This document shows positions 37,739 through 51,380 of a stretch of 64,000 nucleotides of DNA, in pieces. The first letter of the stretch is position 1, and every line of letters starts with the position of its first letter. Source of the DNA: Hamiltosporidium tvaerminnensis FI-OER-3-3 (Eukaryota > Fungi > Microsporidia); assembly GCA_022605425.2 (NCBI GenBank), contig CM061247.1:1674001-1738000 (forward strand), in the 5' to 3' direction. The position numbers and the translations under genes were made by a program. The notes beneath the pieces were generated by a model. The model searched no databases, had not been told where the DNA came from, and saw only the letters and a list, made by a program, of their open reading frames with translations.

Positions 37739-40736
37739 ATTTAGAATATCAAAAACGTAATTTAGTTGAAAACATGAGCTCCTAATTGATTTTATTGTTC
37801 TGATTCAGATATATGAGGGTCATGTTTGAATCGTGGGGGAGCTTGCAACTAATTCATATCAAAAATATTAGTTTGAATCATTTAAGAAATACAACAAGGC
37901 CGATTTCAGTTTAAATTTTTGTAAAAGAACGTAAAAACAACAAACATGTTTTTAGCTGTGCAATAATTTTTTCGAGTTTTATTTTGCAATAAAAAGTTGC
38001 TTTTAACTCTTATTAAGATTTGTTTAACCTTATTATATAACTATTTATGATGCTAATTATTTGGTGGCCAAGATTTCGGTATTTATTTCCAAGAATAACT
38101 TAGGCTTGTTTGGTACATCTCTATCTTCTGAAACAAAGAGGTTTGTATGAGGTGACAACTCGATTAGTCGAAAGAAAAATATCTAAAACGCTTGAATATA
38201 GCATGTTTTAAATTATCTTGAAATATGTTTTTATCAGTATGAAAGAAAGAAGTTAAAAAAAAATATAATCTTGAAATTCCCTTTGCTATTTTTAACTTTA
38301 TCAAATATTTGCAAACAATTGAACTTTATAAACGAAGAAAAATTTTTAAAAAATGATTTTCTTGTACCTAATTTTTTTTTAGTTTCTGACCCTTGTTTTA
38401 CAAAAATAATTTTATTCCTCCTTCTTAGCCGGTGTTTTTATTTATCTACGTCAAAGAGCTGAATTTTATAATTAAAAAGTATAATTTATAGTCCGAATTT
38501 TTTTCTCAGGTATTGCTACTTTTGTAAGTTTTGCGTTATGTTTCGGTTCAGTGTCTGTCTCATAGAATATATGAGAATTAAAAACTTTTTGACTAGATAT
38601 TTGCTTCTATTATCCTTGCAATTATTTTTCAGATCATTAGGTAAAAAATATTTTGATTTTTTAATCTAATAGTATTTAAAAGATATCTATATATTCAAAA
38701 TAAAAATAAATAAAAAGCTTACTTGGCTTTTAAAATACCTGCATACCTCCATTGGTTCTTATAAAGACAAAATATTTGATATATAACCGGTAATTTGTCA
38801 CCGCGCAAAATAATTTATAGTTAGAGCGAAATAACAAACTAATTATTTCAGTAAATGAAAAAAATATCATTATGAATGAAGATGGCTCGACGTGGGGCTA
38901 TATGGTGAAACGCTATCCATTTGTAAGCACTAAGTCAGGTAGGATTCACAAGTATCCTAATAGTAAATCACAAGAATAAGGTCGTAAGAAAATTTTTAAA
39001 AGTGAACGCGCATATTTAACTTTTTTTTAGTAACCTTATTATAGATTTTAAAATTCGCTTTCTTTTTGCTAACCTGTTTCGAGTTAGATAACCGGAGAAT
39101 ATAATCCACCTGCAAAACCTTCAAATATGCTCTTGCAGGTTCCTCAGTATCGAAGTTGGTTTTTCTCTAAATATATTAGCTATGTAAGATCAATTTTTTT
39201 TTCAATCCTATTTGATATTGGCTTTTCGATTGGAGAGTACGTATTCATAATTATATTCGTTTTGACGCTTTTTTCGGTATTTTTAAACCAAAATGTAGTC
39301 AATATTTCAGTTTAAATGTTAAAACCTAGGATTAGCATAATCTACATCCCAGCCGATTCATGTTAAAATACATTCCATCAGATAAGCACAAAAACAGTAC
39401 ATTTGTATATTTAACCCACAATATAGTTATTTAGGCGATTATGACAATAACCGATTGAATTGGAAAATTTAATAATTTTACGACAATCTGCTATAATTTC
39501 TTATTGGGTGTCAGAATTAATACTTATAGAATTTCTTTTATGACGTTTATAAAATGATATAAATTTGGAAAAGTATATCAGGTACGGTTCTCAGGACCTA
39601 ATCGAAAACCATGATCCGCTTTACTTATACAATATCGCATTCTAACGTCTTAACGATTGTTTACAGGTTTTTTTTGAGCATTTTGCTTAGTCTAGATTGT
39701 TTTGGGATTTTAAGTCTTTGTAATTTTTTAAAGAATAAATTACATGAGCCCGATTTAGCTTGATGAAGGTAAAACGGAGCATAATTTTGACAAAAAATTG
39801 AACTGATCGAACTTATCAAAAGATCATAAGTTACAAACTTTTGCAAATCGCTCATTCGAGTTTAATTATCATGCATAATACCTGGTAATGTAAATATCAA
39901 CAAACCTTTTTTTACCATATCTCATATGATCTATTTTAAATTCCAAGCATTATGAATAGTACCTAATTATTTGTACTAACCATAACCTTCACTATATCAA
40001 TTTATTATACTCGGGTTTGTTTTGATACCTTTTATTATGCATGCATTAAAATTAAAGTGATTTTATGCTTTTTACACATTTCTGTTATTTTTAATTGCCT
40101 TTAAGGTAGGAAACATAATTTTAATCTATGAATTAAAATTTTTTTCTCACGCTTTGAGTTAATGTATACATAATTGAAATTCCTTTGATTGCTCATTAGT
40201 TAGGTCTTTGGCGTGAAATGTCTTTTTTTTTCGGATTTTATACCTAGACTTGATTCAACCAATTAGCTTGAAGTGTCTATACAATACAGAAAGCTTTAAG
40301 TATATCATAAAGATTTCTATAAAATATTAAAAAGTTTTCATCTAGAAAAAATAAAAATTATGAATTCAAGCGATTTTCTATTTAGAAGTTTCTTATAATA
40401 TTTATAGATTAATGTGTAATGAATGCACGACCGGGAATGATTCGTTGAAAGAAAGAAAGAAAGACTGATCTTATGTGAATATAATCATATATTTATTTTA
40501 AAATGTGGATTTAATTCCTTCAGATCTAAATTTTTGTCGTTCAGGAAAAAATTATTTTTGTCCTAAATTAAATTTTACCAAGCGACTGAAAGTAAAAATA
40601 TACTTTTTACAAGAATATCTAACCATTTTTATTAATTTTAACTATAAATTTTAATACATATATGATCTTTATTTAAAATTTGTGTCGTTTGAGATTTGAA
40701 TAATATTTGGTAAATAAAATTCTCCTGCTATTTTAG

Positions 40737-41457
40737 CTTTATTTAAAATTATCACAATTTTTAGAAACAGGGGCAATTGTTATATTTGTTTTCATGGCAT
40801 TAACGCAGTTCTGGGTTTAACATAAATAACTGCTACCCCACTACTCCATCAGTACCCCCTGCGATACTTACATCTCAAAGCCTTTCATCTACCAGGTGTG
40901 TAGAACTTAATTAATAGGCGAGGCTGTTGCCTAGGTTCGTTAATGTCCTTTGCATGGAGTGTGATCAAAGACCGAACCCCCCGGGCTCCCCCAAGACTAT
41001 GCAGCATTCCCACTTACTCTACCCTTTCTGAAGCCAATAAACTTCTAGTTAAGATATATTTCAGAGATTTACATGGAGTCCACCTAGACAGTGCAATGTA
41101 TTTCAAACAGGTATAAGATGCTTCTAGCTTTCCTGGCTATAAATGGTTGTATTTTTTATATCTCCCAGGCGCCAAGTTTTATAACCCGAATGAGCAAGGC
41201 AAGATTTTCATGCTTTTGATGGCAATTACCTCATGTTCAACTGCGGTCTGCAATCTGGTTACGTGAAAAATTGCAAATAAATTGTAGAAAAAGTTTCGCT
41301 ATTTCTTAGACCTCTCCATCTCATAACAACTCTCATGGAATAACCGAAGATGTAGTGTGGTTGTATTCCCACCAAAAATCCAAAAAATGACCTCACACCA
41401 GTTCCACACACCCATTGCCAAGCAGAAGGTTTTTAAAGTCTTATTCACCTTCTACCA
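40737..41457. repeat. Family A repeat copy 3
   Basis: Full-length alignment to copies 1 and 2, same orientation. Confidence 0.93.
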
Positions 41458-42803
41458 CAAGTTTGTTATTATAAATTAAACTTTCAAAATGTGCATATGA
41501 AATCTATACCTATAAAGTATAGAATAGACACAAAAAGTGTCATTTAAATCACAATGTGCATGAGGCCTGAAGAGTTTAACGTCGATTAGTTTTCAAACCC
41601 CATAGTTTGATATAATTAATTTAAATAATTATAATCGTATGGTCGAAAATATCCAAAATATACGATTTTTATGTGTTATCTCAAAAAGTATAACGGCTCG
41701 TGTTGATGATATTTCTGGTATTTGTTAGTATAAGCATAAGGAATTGGCTTTTTTTTGATTTTTTCAATATCAAGCCGAAGGAATTTTGTCTAATATTTGA
41801 ATTGACGTTTCGAAGCTTGTATTTTTTTTCGAATTTTTTCTCCGAAATTTTTTTACTTTTACGATATTTTTCTAAGAGATTTATGTGTTCGGCTATGCAG
41901 GTAAATAGAATAATAGCTCAATGAGAAAAACAATCCAATCACTCGCAATTTTTATCCTACTTAATTTATTTTTACGCCTTATTGAGATATTTTGTAACTC
42001 ATCGATATTTACGGTCAATTTACATTTCTAATTGTGATATGTAAAGATATTTAAGCTTTTTTCGCCCACCAATCCCTTGCTTAGCACAAAAAAAAGTTGA
42101 GGCCATATGTTTGTTATCTTTCTGAATTTCTATAGTCTGCCTTATGAATAACTAGGTTTCTTCTGGAATGAGTCAGGTGCAAAATTTTGTCATATATAAG
42201 ATATATCGCATACTGTGACTTAAAATGATAAAAAAAAGGTATTTGCGGAGACATTAAGGGATTATTAAAGTCTATGGTTTTTTGTCCTGTATACGTTAGT
42301 TCAATTATGGTTTGATTTTTTTACCGCGTCATAAACAGATTAAGAACTTAGATGTTCAACTTAAATATTTTTCTACTTTATTTTCATTGTAACTCACCTT
42401 GGCAGCGTATATGCGGGGTTACATTTTTTTATTGTAGGCTATTTTTCGATATCCACTTTTCTTTAAATTTGCCACATTTTTAAATATGGAAAGAGAAAAA
42501 ATTGCATTATTAAGAACCAATTCATTTTCCAGAACTTGTTTCGAACCTTTAGGTTTTTTAGATTATAGTTCTACCAGAAAAAGCAAAAAAATAATATAAA
42601 AACCAAATATCGTAACTACAAATACCAGGGTATAAAACTAAAATATATAAACGCACATTTTTTAAACCGAGATATAATTCATTTGTGAAAGTTAATGAGG
42701 CGATTTGACAAGAAAGTAATTTATAGTTGGAAGTATAAAACAAAAAAGGTTATAAAATTAGACTCAATATTAAAATAACTTTTAAAAATAATTAGGAAAA
42801 ATT

Positions 42804-44822
42804 TTAGCCAGAAATAGCATCATTAAGTTCAATTTTTCGTTTTAACATTACAGTTAAAATTTCCTTAAGTTTTTCCAATTTGACCATCCCGTGTCCTCGG
42901 ATATTAACTGAGGCTTCTTGAACTTCTTTATCCCCAACGATACAAATAACGGAATAATGACTCGTTTCTGCACGTAAAACTTTTTTTGACACACTTAAAT
43001 CTGAATCATCAACAAAAACATGAAATTCAGAAAGATTTTCTTTTATGGAATCGCAATAACTTAATATTTTAGAAGAAGATGACTCACTTTGCATATTATT
43101 GACATTTTCGGATTTGACAACAGAAATGATGCAAGTTTGTCTATAGTTTAACCAAAAAGGTAATTTATCAAAGTGCTCAATCAAAACCGCCATCATTCGT
43201 TCTACACTTCCTAAAATTGCCCTGTGAATCATTACAGGTGACTCCATTTTGCCTTCCTTGCTTCGATATTTCAAATTGAAACGAATAGGCAACTGAAAAT
43301 CTAACTGTATTGTTGCACATTGATGCTGTCGGCCATATCCGTCATATAAAACGATATCAATTTTGGGGCCATAAAAAGCACCATCACCTTCATTTATTGT
43401 ATAGTCTCTGCCTTCTAATGCTCTAATTAACATATTTTCTGCTTCGTCCCAATCTGAAATATTTCCTATAAATTTTTCAGGTCTCGTACTCAATTTTAAA
43501 TCGTATGAAAACTTCAAAATGCTATAAACGCAGTCAAGAAAATCCAAAACACCTCTGATCTCACCCTCTACTTGTTGTAACATACAAAATATATGTGAAT
43601 CGTCTTGACTAAATTTTCTTACACGAGTGAGACCTGTTAGAGTTCCACTCAGTTCGTTTCTATGCAAAACACCGAAATCAGCAAGTCTCAACGGCAAATC
43701 CCGATAACTACGATCGGTTTGTCTGAAATACAAACAATGTGCAGGGCAATTCATAGGCTTTAACGCATAGTTATTGTGACAATTTGAAAAATCAGATTGC
43801 CCGTTCAACTCTCCACAGTTATTCGCATCATCGACTTCCTTTGAAACAGAATCTCCCCCATTGACACTCAAAAGAAACATATTTTCTTTATAATTTTGCA
43901 AATGACCAGATGTTTCCCATAACTCATTGCTATAAATAACAGGCGTAATAATTTCACCGTAACCTCTCTTTTTATATTCTTCTCTAATATAATTAAGCAA
44001 TGAATTGTAAGTAAAAGTACCACTCACAGTAAAAAATGGAGATCCCGGAGAAAATCTTGAAACAAAAAATAAATCTGAATTTCGATGGTCTCTTTTCTTA
44101 GCTTTTACAATATTTCGATTGTATTCATCAAAATGTTGGAGTGAAGGAAAAGAAACACCATGAATACGTGTGAGCGATATTTTTGTCTTAAGAAAATATG
44201 CCGATCCATGATTTGTAACTTTAATTAATTTTATATTATTTGTAAATAGAATATGTGGACCTGGACAAAGATCTACAAAATCATTTATACAATAAGCAGA
44301 TAGAAGTTCATCTTCCTTACATTTCTTAATTGCTTCATCAATAAAATGTTTCTTAAAAATATTTTCTTTATATTTTTCTAATAGATCTTCTCGTTTGAAA
44401 AATTTTTGTTCGATTGGTGTTTTTTTAGAAATTATTTCTTTCATTTTATTGTCGATTTGAAGATAATCATTGGTTGAAAATGTGTGATTTTTATCTAAAA
44501 GAACATCATAATAAAAACCTTGTGCGGTAGGAGGGCCAGCTGAGAGTTTGGCGTTTGGATATATTTGTAATATAGCATATCCTAATACGTGCGCACTCGA
44601 ATGATAAAATACTTTTTTTCCTTCTGCATCGTCAAAGGTCAAGAATTTTATTTTTGTATTTTGAAAAAGAGGTGTGCTGAGAGGCAACAATTTTTCTTCT
44701 GATTGAGCTACAAGTACCTTTGGATGTTCTGAATTGTGCTCTTTTGAAATCTTAAAAGGCGTGACACCAGGTGGATAAATATATGTTTTAGAATCGAAAG
44801 TAATTTCTATATCTTTGGACAT
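42804..44822 (-). CDS. THS1: Threonyl-tRNA synthetase (cytosolic)
   Basis: 672 aa with TGS-like N-terminus, HSSAH and DLCPGPH editing motifs, LKPMNCPAHC, RNELSGTLTGLTRVR, GAFYGPKID and HRAILGSVER. Confidence 0.98.
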   Translation of the reverse strand: MSKDIEITFDSKTYIYPPGVTPFKISKEHNSEHPKVLVAQSEEKLLPLSTPLFQNTKIKFLTFDDAEGKKVFYHSSAHVLGYAILQIYPNAKLSAGPPTAQGFYYDVLLDKNHTFSTNDYLQIDNKMKEIISKKTPIEQKFFKREDLLEKYKENIFKKHFIDEAIKKCKEDELLSAYCINDFVDLCPGPHILFTNNIKLIKVTNHGSAYFLKTKISLTRIHGVSFPSLQHFDEYNRNIVKAKKRDHRNSDLFFVSRFSPGSPFFTVSGTFTYNSLLNYIREEYKKRGYGEIITPVIYSNELWETSGHLQNYKENMFLLSVNGGDSVSKEVDDANNCGELNGQSDFSNCHNNYALKPMNCPAHCLYFRQTDRSYRDLPLRLADFGVLHRNELSGTLTGLTRVRKFSQDDSHIFCMLQQVEGEIRGVLDFLDCVYSILKFSYDLKLSTRPEKFIGNISDWDEAENMLIRALEGRDYTINEGDGAFYGPKIDIVLYDGYGRQHQCATIQLDFQLPIRFNLKYRSKEGKMESPVMIHRAILGSVERMMAVLIEHFDKLPFWLNYRQTCIISVVKSENVNNMQSESSSSKILSYCDSIKENLSEFHVFVDDSDLSVSKKVLRAETSHYSVICIVGDKEVQEASVNIRGHGMVKLEKLKEILTVMLKRKIELNDAISG

Positions 44823-47494
44823 ATTTGAGGGGATTATTCTGATATTTTAAAAATAAGAAATTATTAAAAAAATTTCTGTTTAAAACAGAAATAAATGATA
44901 AGAAGATAGTAAAATACAAATCCAGATATATATTTTAAAAAAAAATTTAGAGAAAAATATTGGTAGTTTAATAAAATTTAGATATTAAAAATTCTTAAGA
45001 AAAAACTCAGAAAATTGATATTCTTTATTCAATTAAATAAATTTTATTTCTTCTTAAATATATCTATTCCACTACTAGCTTCATACCGAATAATACAAAA
45101 TCTATTTCACTTATTCTGTATTTAATTCCGTTTAATATGCTTTATTTTTAATTTCTTCATCGGTTTTTTGATCGATGTTTTGGCTGCCAATAAATGTTAC
45201 TACTAATTGCATTCATATTAAAAATCTCCTTAGATCATCATTACCTCTCTTATTATCTATTTTTTTAAAATAAAAAATATTTGTATATCTAGGTTACATA
45301 GTATCTTATATATTCTTAATGGCTCTTAAATATATTTGATTTCGAGAAAAAAACATTTTTCATCGATTATTAAAAATAATTCTAGCTTCACATCTAATAA
45401 AATCATCAGGTGAAACTCTCACTTTTGGTTTTTATTCCGAGTCTTTAATTTATTTTTTGATTTCCAAAGAAATTCGTTTTGAGCAATCTTATATGTAATA
45501 ATTCTGAACTATGGCCAAAATTATGTCACGATATTTTTAATTAAATTAATGATTTTTTTTTAATATTATATCTCACCTACGAAATAGAATTTGTAGATAT
45601 TTTTAGTTCGATAAGTTAAATTTTAATTTAATGTATTTACGTTAGGGTTTGAAATTTTATTTTCAAAATTCTTTTACCCGATTTTCAAATAAATTTAGCT
45701 GATTATTTTTATTTTTGATAAAGACAAAGATTTTTTCTGATAATCATTGATTGCTTTTTCTAAGTTGTTTTTCATACTTACTTTTCAGATTTTTGTTAAA
45801 AGACAAAAGAAAATAATTTGATTCTCAATGAAATTTCGAATGCTTATTTCACATAATAATTCGTGTATTTGATATACAAAATAATAAAGAAATGGTTTTT
45901 TGTGTTACACGATAGTATAAAACCAACGAATAAGCTGTTATATAATCTTATAAATTCAAGTTAGGTCTTCTGTCTTCGTTTGCTGTGATTAAATATTTCT
46001 TTACAATGCACTTTGCTATTTTGATTGAATATTCTTTTAAAATCCTCATTTAATTTTCGACCAAATGAAATTAGATTATTTATATTTAAAAACATCGTGA
46101 TAAGTGATCTTCTAATCTATGTTTATTCATATTTTTAAGAAAATTCAAGAGATACCTAAATATTATTCAGAAGTCATATTCAAACTCTAAAATAAAATTT
46201 TATGAGACAGGAATTGATATATAAGCAGGTTTTGCATCTATTGATTAATATTAGTTCTTGATTGCTGCAGATACCATTCGAAATATACCAAAAAAATTAC
46301 AACCGTGTTATTTTTTGAATTTTATTAGTATAAAGTTTATCGATTATATTGCAGCAATGTTTTGGATAAGCATGCTATTGATGATTTATCGCAAAGCCTT
46401 AACACTTTTTTACTCGTGTTTGATTGCCCGACTAAATCCTCCAATTAGGCTTTTAAATAACATTTATTCGCTGACTTCTTTATCCATAGACCTTGCAAAT
46501 TGCTGTTCTATTTGGGGTTTATAATCATTAAAGAACACGGATCATTATTCTTGGATTTTTTATTAATTCATAGGCAATTTTGAATTGATAAGATTATGAT
46601 TCGCCTATTTTGAATTCAATTTCTTTCTTGTTTCCAAGTAGCTATATTTGAATGTTAAAAGTGTGCTAATCAGTCCACCGTTTATTTTCTTAGCGGCTAT
46701 AGCTCAAGGCTATATATGCTAGATTAGCAAAATTGATTCATTAATAATGCAAACTCAAAATCTGGAACATTTTTTTAACATGTACTTCTTGCAATATTTT
46801 CTCAAATATTTCTCTGGTTTTTATAGATATATCATATTTAGAATTTAAGATATCATAAAGGCTGAATTATACTAACAGAGTCAAATGTAGGACAAATTTA
46901 ATTATATAAGCACAAATGATATCATGCGACATTTACAGCCATAAAAAATCTTATTTTATGACCAATACTATAGATTAGATTATTAACCGGCGATTACATA
47001 TTATTTCACCATTATTATACTTTATATCCGCGCTTATTGTTTTCTAATTCAAGTAAAAAATCATTTAAATTGCCAAATATTAAACAATATCGATTCATTT
47101 TATAAAAATAGTCATATTCAATAAAGAAAATTCAAGGTTGTTCATAACTTAAAAACATATAAAGCGAAATATATATTAGGCTGTTTAAAGTTTTTTTAAA
47201 TAATCGAACTCTGTAAAATAGTTAAATCAAATTATACTATAAATTTTATGAAATTAAAAATAATAAGTTTTAAAAATAGTAATTATATTGAAAAACAACA
47301 ACAAACAACGAACAAGTTAAAAATAACAGGATATATAATATTATAAAAAATAATATAAATGCAACTGTTTTGATCTAGAGGCCAAGGTAAATCGACCTCA
47401 ACAAAAACTTATATATCAGTTTGAAAATGTGGGATATAAAAATCATAAATGAGAACTTAATCCAGTAAAAAAGAAGCCGGTTTTAATCAAAAAT

Positions 47495-48832
47495 TTATAA
47501 TTTTAATTCCTTTAAAACTCGATTTTTCAAAACATCATAGCACTCCAGTCTTGGTTCAATTTTTTTAAGTATTTCATACGATTTTTTATAATCAAAATTA
47601 TACAGAAATAAATAAGCGCGGAATATTTCAAGTTTTGAATCGTAGGCTTTTAATATAAGCTTATTGTTTTCGAGTAAACGTATTTTTTCCAAAAAAATAT
47701 TGAAAAAAATTTCATTTATAACCTTTTCTTCGTGAATTACACACATAATAAGTAAATAATTTTCCAAATTATGAAAATTTGCTTCAAAATAGCATTCTTG
47801 GAGCAATTTAAACGAAAAAATAAAGTCTTGCTTATAGAAGGCCATAATTCCCAATTCAGAAATCACTTTAAAATATGCAGGAGTTTTAATATATTCACTT
47901 TCTAAATATAAAGATTTGGATTTTTCATATTCATTTATTCTTAATAAATATAAAATATTGAAAGGAAAAATTTCATTTTCAATGATTTTATTATCATAGA
48001 AAAAAGAAAATTCAAGAGATTTTGATTTTGAAATTTCCAAAGAAATGCTTTCAGTTTTTTTCAATAAATCTCTACAGGCATCAAAATATGATTCATCTAT
48101 TATATCAAATATTTTTACAATGTAAAAATTTAAGTTTTCTGTAAATAATTTTTTTAAATCAATATTTTCATAGAACAAGGTATCGTGTTTAAAAAATATT
48201 TCTAAAAGAAAATTCATTACAATAAAAATTTCTTTTAAAAGTTCTTTCTTCTTAGGTGTGTTTTCACTCTTTGTATTTGCTATCTCATTATTGAAAATAC
48301 CAAGTAATGACAGATAAATTTTGGCAAGCTCTGAATCTTGTAAATTTTTACTTTTAGAAAGTTCAAATAAAGTTTCGATTTTGGTTTTGTAATTTTCAAT
48401 TTCTAAAATTGCCAACAGTTTGTTTTCAAAAACCTCCGTTCTTTTCTCTTCGGTCTTAACAACTTCATCTTCTTTGATTGTATCTTCTTTTTCATATTTT
48501 TTTAAAATTTCATTCACTTGTCTTTTTAAACTGGCAGTAGATTTCTTTTCCTCAATAATTTGAAGAAAAAAACGCTTAAGAAAACGCGGAATTTCGTTTT
48601 TAAATATATTTGAATTTTTTTTAAAAGTTTTTACAATATTTTCTGCCTGTTTGACAGAGAAATCTTCTTCGGCAGAAATTACCAACAGTTGCAACTCATT
48701 TTTCTTTTTTTCCTTTTTGGATATTTTGTCCTTTTCTTCAGAAGAGTCTTCATCAAAAAATGCTTTCTTTGTAATTTTTTTACTTTTTTCGTTTATTTCT
48801 TCATCATCAAAATCTTTAAAAAATTGTGACAT
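47495..48832 (-). CDS. Probable reduced eIF3 subunit c-like protein (445 aa)
   Basis: The likely start is the ATG at 48832 (CCC motif at 48843-48845), giving MSQFF plus an acidic tract like the MSRFF N-terminus of eIF3c/NIP1. A second FFDEDSSEE tract and an ELGIMAF helix follow. Confidence 0.6.
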   Translation of the reverse strand: MSQFFKDFDDEEINEKSKKITKKAFFDEDSSEEKDKISKKEKKKNELQLLVISAEEDFSVKQAENIVKTFKKNSNIFKNEIPRFLKRFFLQIIEEKKSTASLKRQVNEILKKYEKEDTIKEDEVVKTEEKRTEVFENKLLAILEIENYKTKIETLFELSKSKNLQDSELAKIYLSLLGIFNNEIANTKSENTPKKKELLKEIFIVMNFLLEIFFKHDTLFYENIDLKKLFTENLNFYIVKIFDIIDESYFDACRDLLKKTESISLEISKSKSLEFSFFYDNKIIENEIFPFNILYLLRINEYEKSKSLYLESEYIKTPAYFKVISELGIMAFYKQDFIFSFKLLQECYFEANFHNLENYLLIMCVIHEEKVINEIFFNIFLEKIRLLENNKLILKAYDSKLEIFRAYLFLYNFDYKKSYEILKKIEPRLECYDVLKNRVLKELKL

Positions 48833-51380
48833 AAATTTATATGGGATAGATTTTAAAAAGCAAAAATATTTTGGAAATAAAAAACACCTAACCAATCAAA
48901 TTTCTTCGACTTAACACATGTTTTAAATTTGTAACGAAGATAACGTAACAAAATGCTTGAGCAAGAAAATAAAAAAAAATATATTTAGTCATTACCGCAC
49001 AGATAAGCTAATAATAAATCAAATAACCTTTTACAACCAAAACAATGCACACCTTTTTGATACTTCTCTAGTAATAAGATAATGATCTCTTTAAATTTTT
49101 TATAAACAAATACTTATGTCTTTGACCTTACACATGTACAAATTTCATTGATTCGTTTTTTCTAATAAGCTTTTCTATGCTAAAAATCACCCAAGTTTTA
49201 AAACATATGAAGAATACCGTTTAAAAGAAATAGCTTAATCAATTATATTTTTCATTCAAATTATAATCCGCTTAGAAATGCCTAATTGTTTTGTAAACAA
49301 TAAAAAAAGTAATAAAACATTTAAAAAGCCACAAATGGTTGCGAATATTATTTCAATTAAATTTTTAAAAATGATTTTTACAGCGGGAAAAACATAAAAT
49401 AACAAGAACTTCGATATTAAAAAATGTATATTCATAACCCATATATGCTTTTTAATAAAAACATGAACCGGAAAATTCTAAAGAAATCTTTGAGAAATGA
49501 ACAAAAAAAAGTTTTAATTTTTAATTGAGATGATCGAATATGTTATGTGACTTAAAATGAATACTGGTGATGTTCAAAACAGACTATCTTTCTTATAAAT
49601 GACACAAATGAATTAGAAACTTTACAGTTATTTTTATCCAATTTAACTTAAAATTTTCATAAAAATATGCTTAAATTTGTAAAAAGCATGATTCATCGAC
49701 CGAAAATTTCGATGCTTCTTTGAAAATGCTTTTATCCTGAGATTCGATAATTCTTATATCTTCAAATTTGTATTTCTTTACTGCTGAATCTATTCTACAA
49801 CTAAATTAAATATAAAATGAAAAAAAAAATTAAAAAATGGTTTTTTCAGGTGACCTTCATATAATGATTGGTCGGTATGGAAAAATACTATAAACCATTT
49901 GCTCGGTAACACTTATGTGAAATTGATATAAAAATCAGTAAAAACATTTGGTGGAAAAGGAACCACATTATATCAACAGACAAAGCTCTGGTAATTTTGA
50001 ATTGAAAAATTTCAAAAGAAAAAAATGTAAGTATAAAGAACTCTCTTGAAAATGGATTTTCTGGTGTAGAAAACAGACCAGAACTCATGAAATATGAAAG
50101 TAAGAGGCTTAAGGAAAAAACAAAGATATGTGGCCGTTATAAGTCGGATTTCTCAAAACCGGCTTTTCGGAAAAAGAACTAGACTTAGAAAATACACAGA
50201 CATTAGCCAGCAAAATAAATTTTTGGCGTTCTATCTGAAAATCCCCAACACTGGGATATAAAAGAGAACGAATAAGTAACTAAGTAACTTTCTTATAATA
50301 GAGTTTGTAAATTTTTTGTTTATATTCAAGTTTTGGAAAAAATAATTCGTAAAAACGAAATATTGTGACAAATTTTGAATCAGAATATTAAATGACATTA
50401 AAATTTTGCGAAACTAGTCTTTCTACATAAAAGTAATCAGAAAGATGGTTTTTTTAAGCGAGCAGACGATATACATCTAAAATGGTAATATATACGACAG
50501 ATGTTGATAGTAAGATAGCAGAACAGAGTTTTTGCCTCTATGCATTTTACTACTCACCTTGACTTGAAAAAAGTACCCATCTAATCGGAATATCGCGGAA
50601 TAAATCTAGCACGAACCAAACAATTCGCGTATTAAATTGGATAAAATCTTTAATATCAACATATTTTAAAGGTATTAAGGAAATTCGGAAGTTAACGCAA
50701 ATTATTTATGGGTAATACTCAGACAGATCTTGTTGATACACAAAATTACCCAGAAAATAATAACGGCTTTAGAAATATCTTACACATTTTGTATATAAAT
50801 GCTAAATTCGTATCATGAGGGAGGTCACATTACTAAAAAAAGAGTCAGCAGCAAGTGTTGCTAACGCGTAAAAATCTTATTTTCTCGACATAACCGGAGT
50901 ACTTATAAACAAAAATGGAAAAGTGTCAGCAAAAGAACTTGAAAAAGGTAAACCCTCACTAAAAAATTTCCTTTAATACCGAAAGACTAAGGTTCTCACA
51001 AAAAAAGGGCATTTTTAGAGATTTAATCAAAGTATTGGGCCCCGGCTTGTAATAAATTCGAGAATATTTTCCTGAAAAAACATAAATGGATTTATATAAG
51101 CTTTGCGGGCTTTTAAACGATCAGTATTTGAAAGCCCTCAATGGTCGGGTTTTAGATGTCTCACGGCAAAACCGCTGTTAAATGGAATAAGATGCGATCT
51201 ATAAAAGTTATTCTTTCACCCTTTAAACCAAATGAATATTTTAAAGCATATATCAAACAACTATGGGTTCTTTTTGTATAATAAGGTAGATATTAATGGT
51301 AGTTTATCAAATAAAAATATTCTCGTAACAAGATTGCTTAAATATAGAGCAAAATATGGGGATAGTATTATAAATGATGC

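Noticed and set aside
38884-38950. tRNA-like stretch (GGCTATATGG ... GGTAGGATTC)
   Set aside because: The boxes are degenerate and I found no cloverleaf, tail or TSD.
45200-46700. Possible APE-endonuclease LINE remnant on the minus strand (LIGGF, IIDKLYTN)
   Set aside because: The motif matches are too short and degenerate to support without a profile search.
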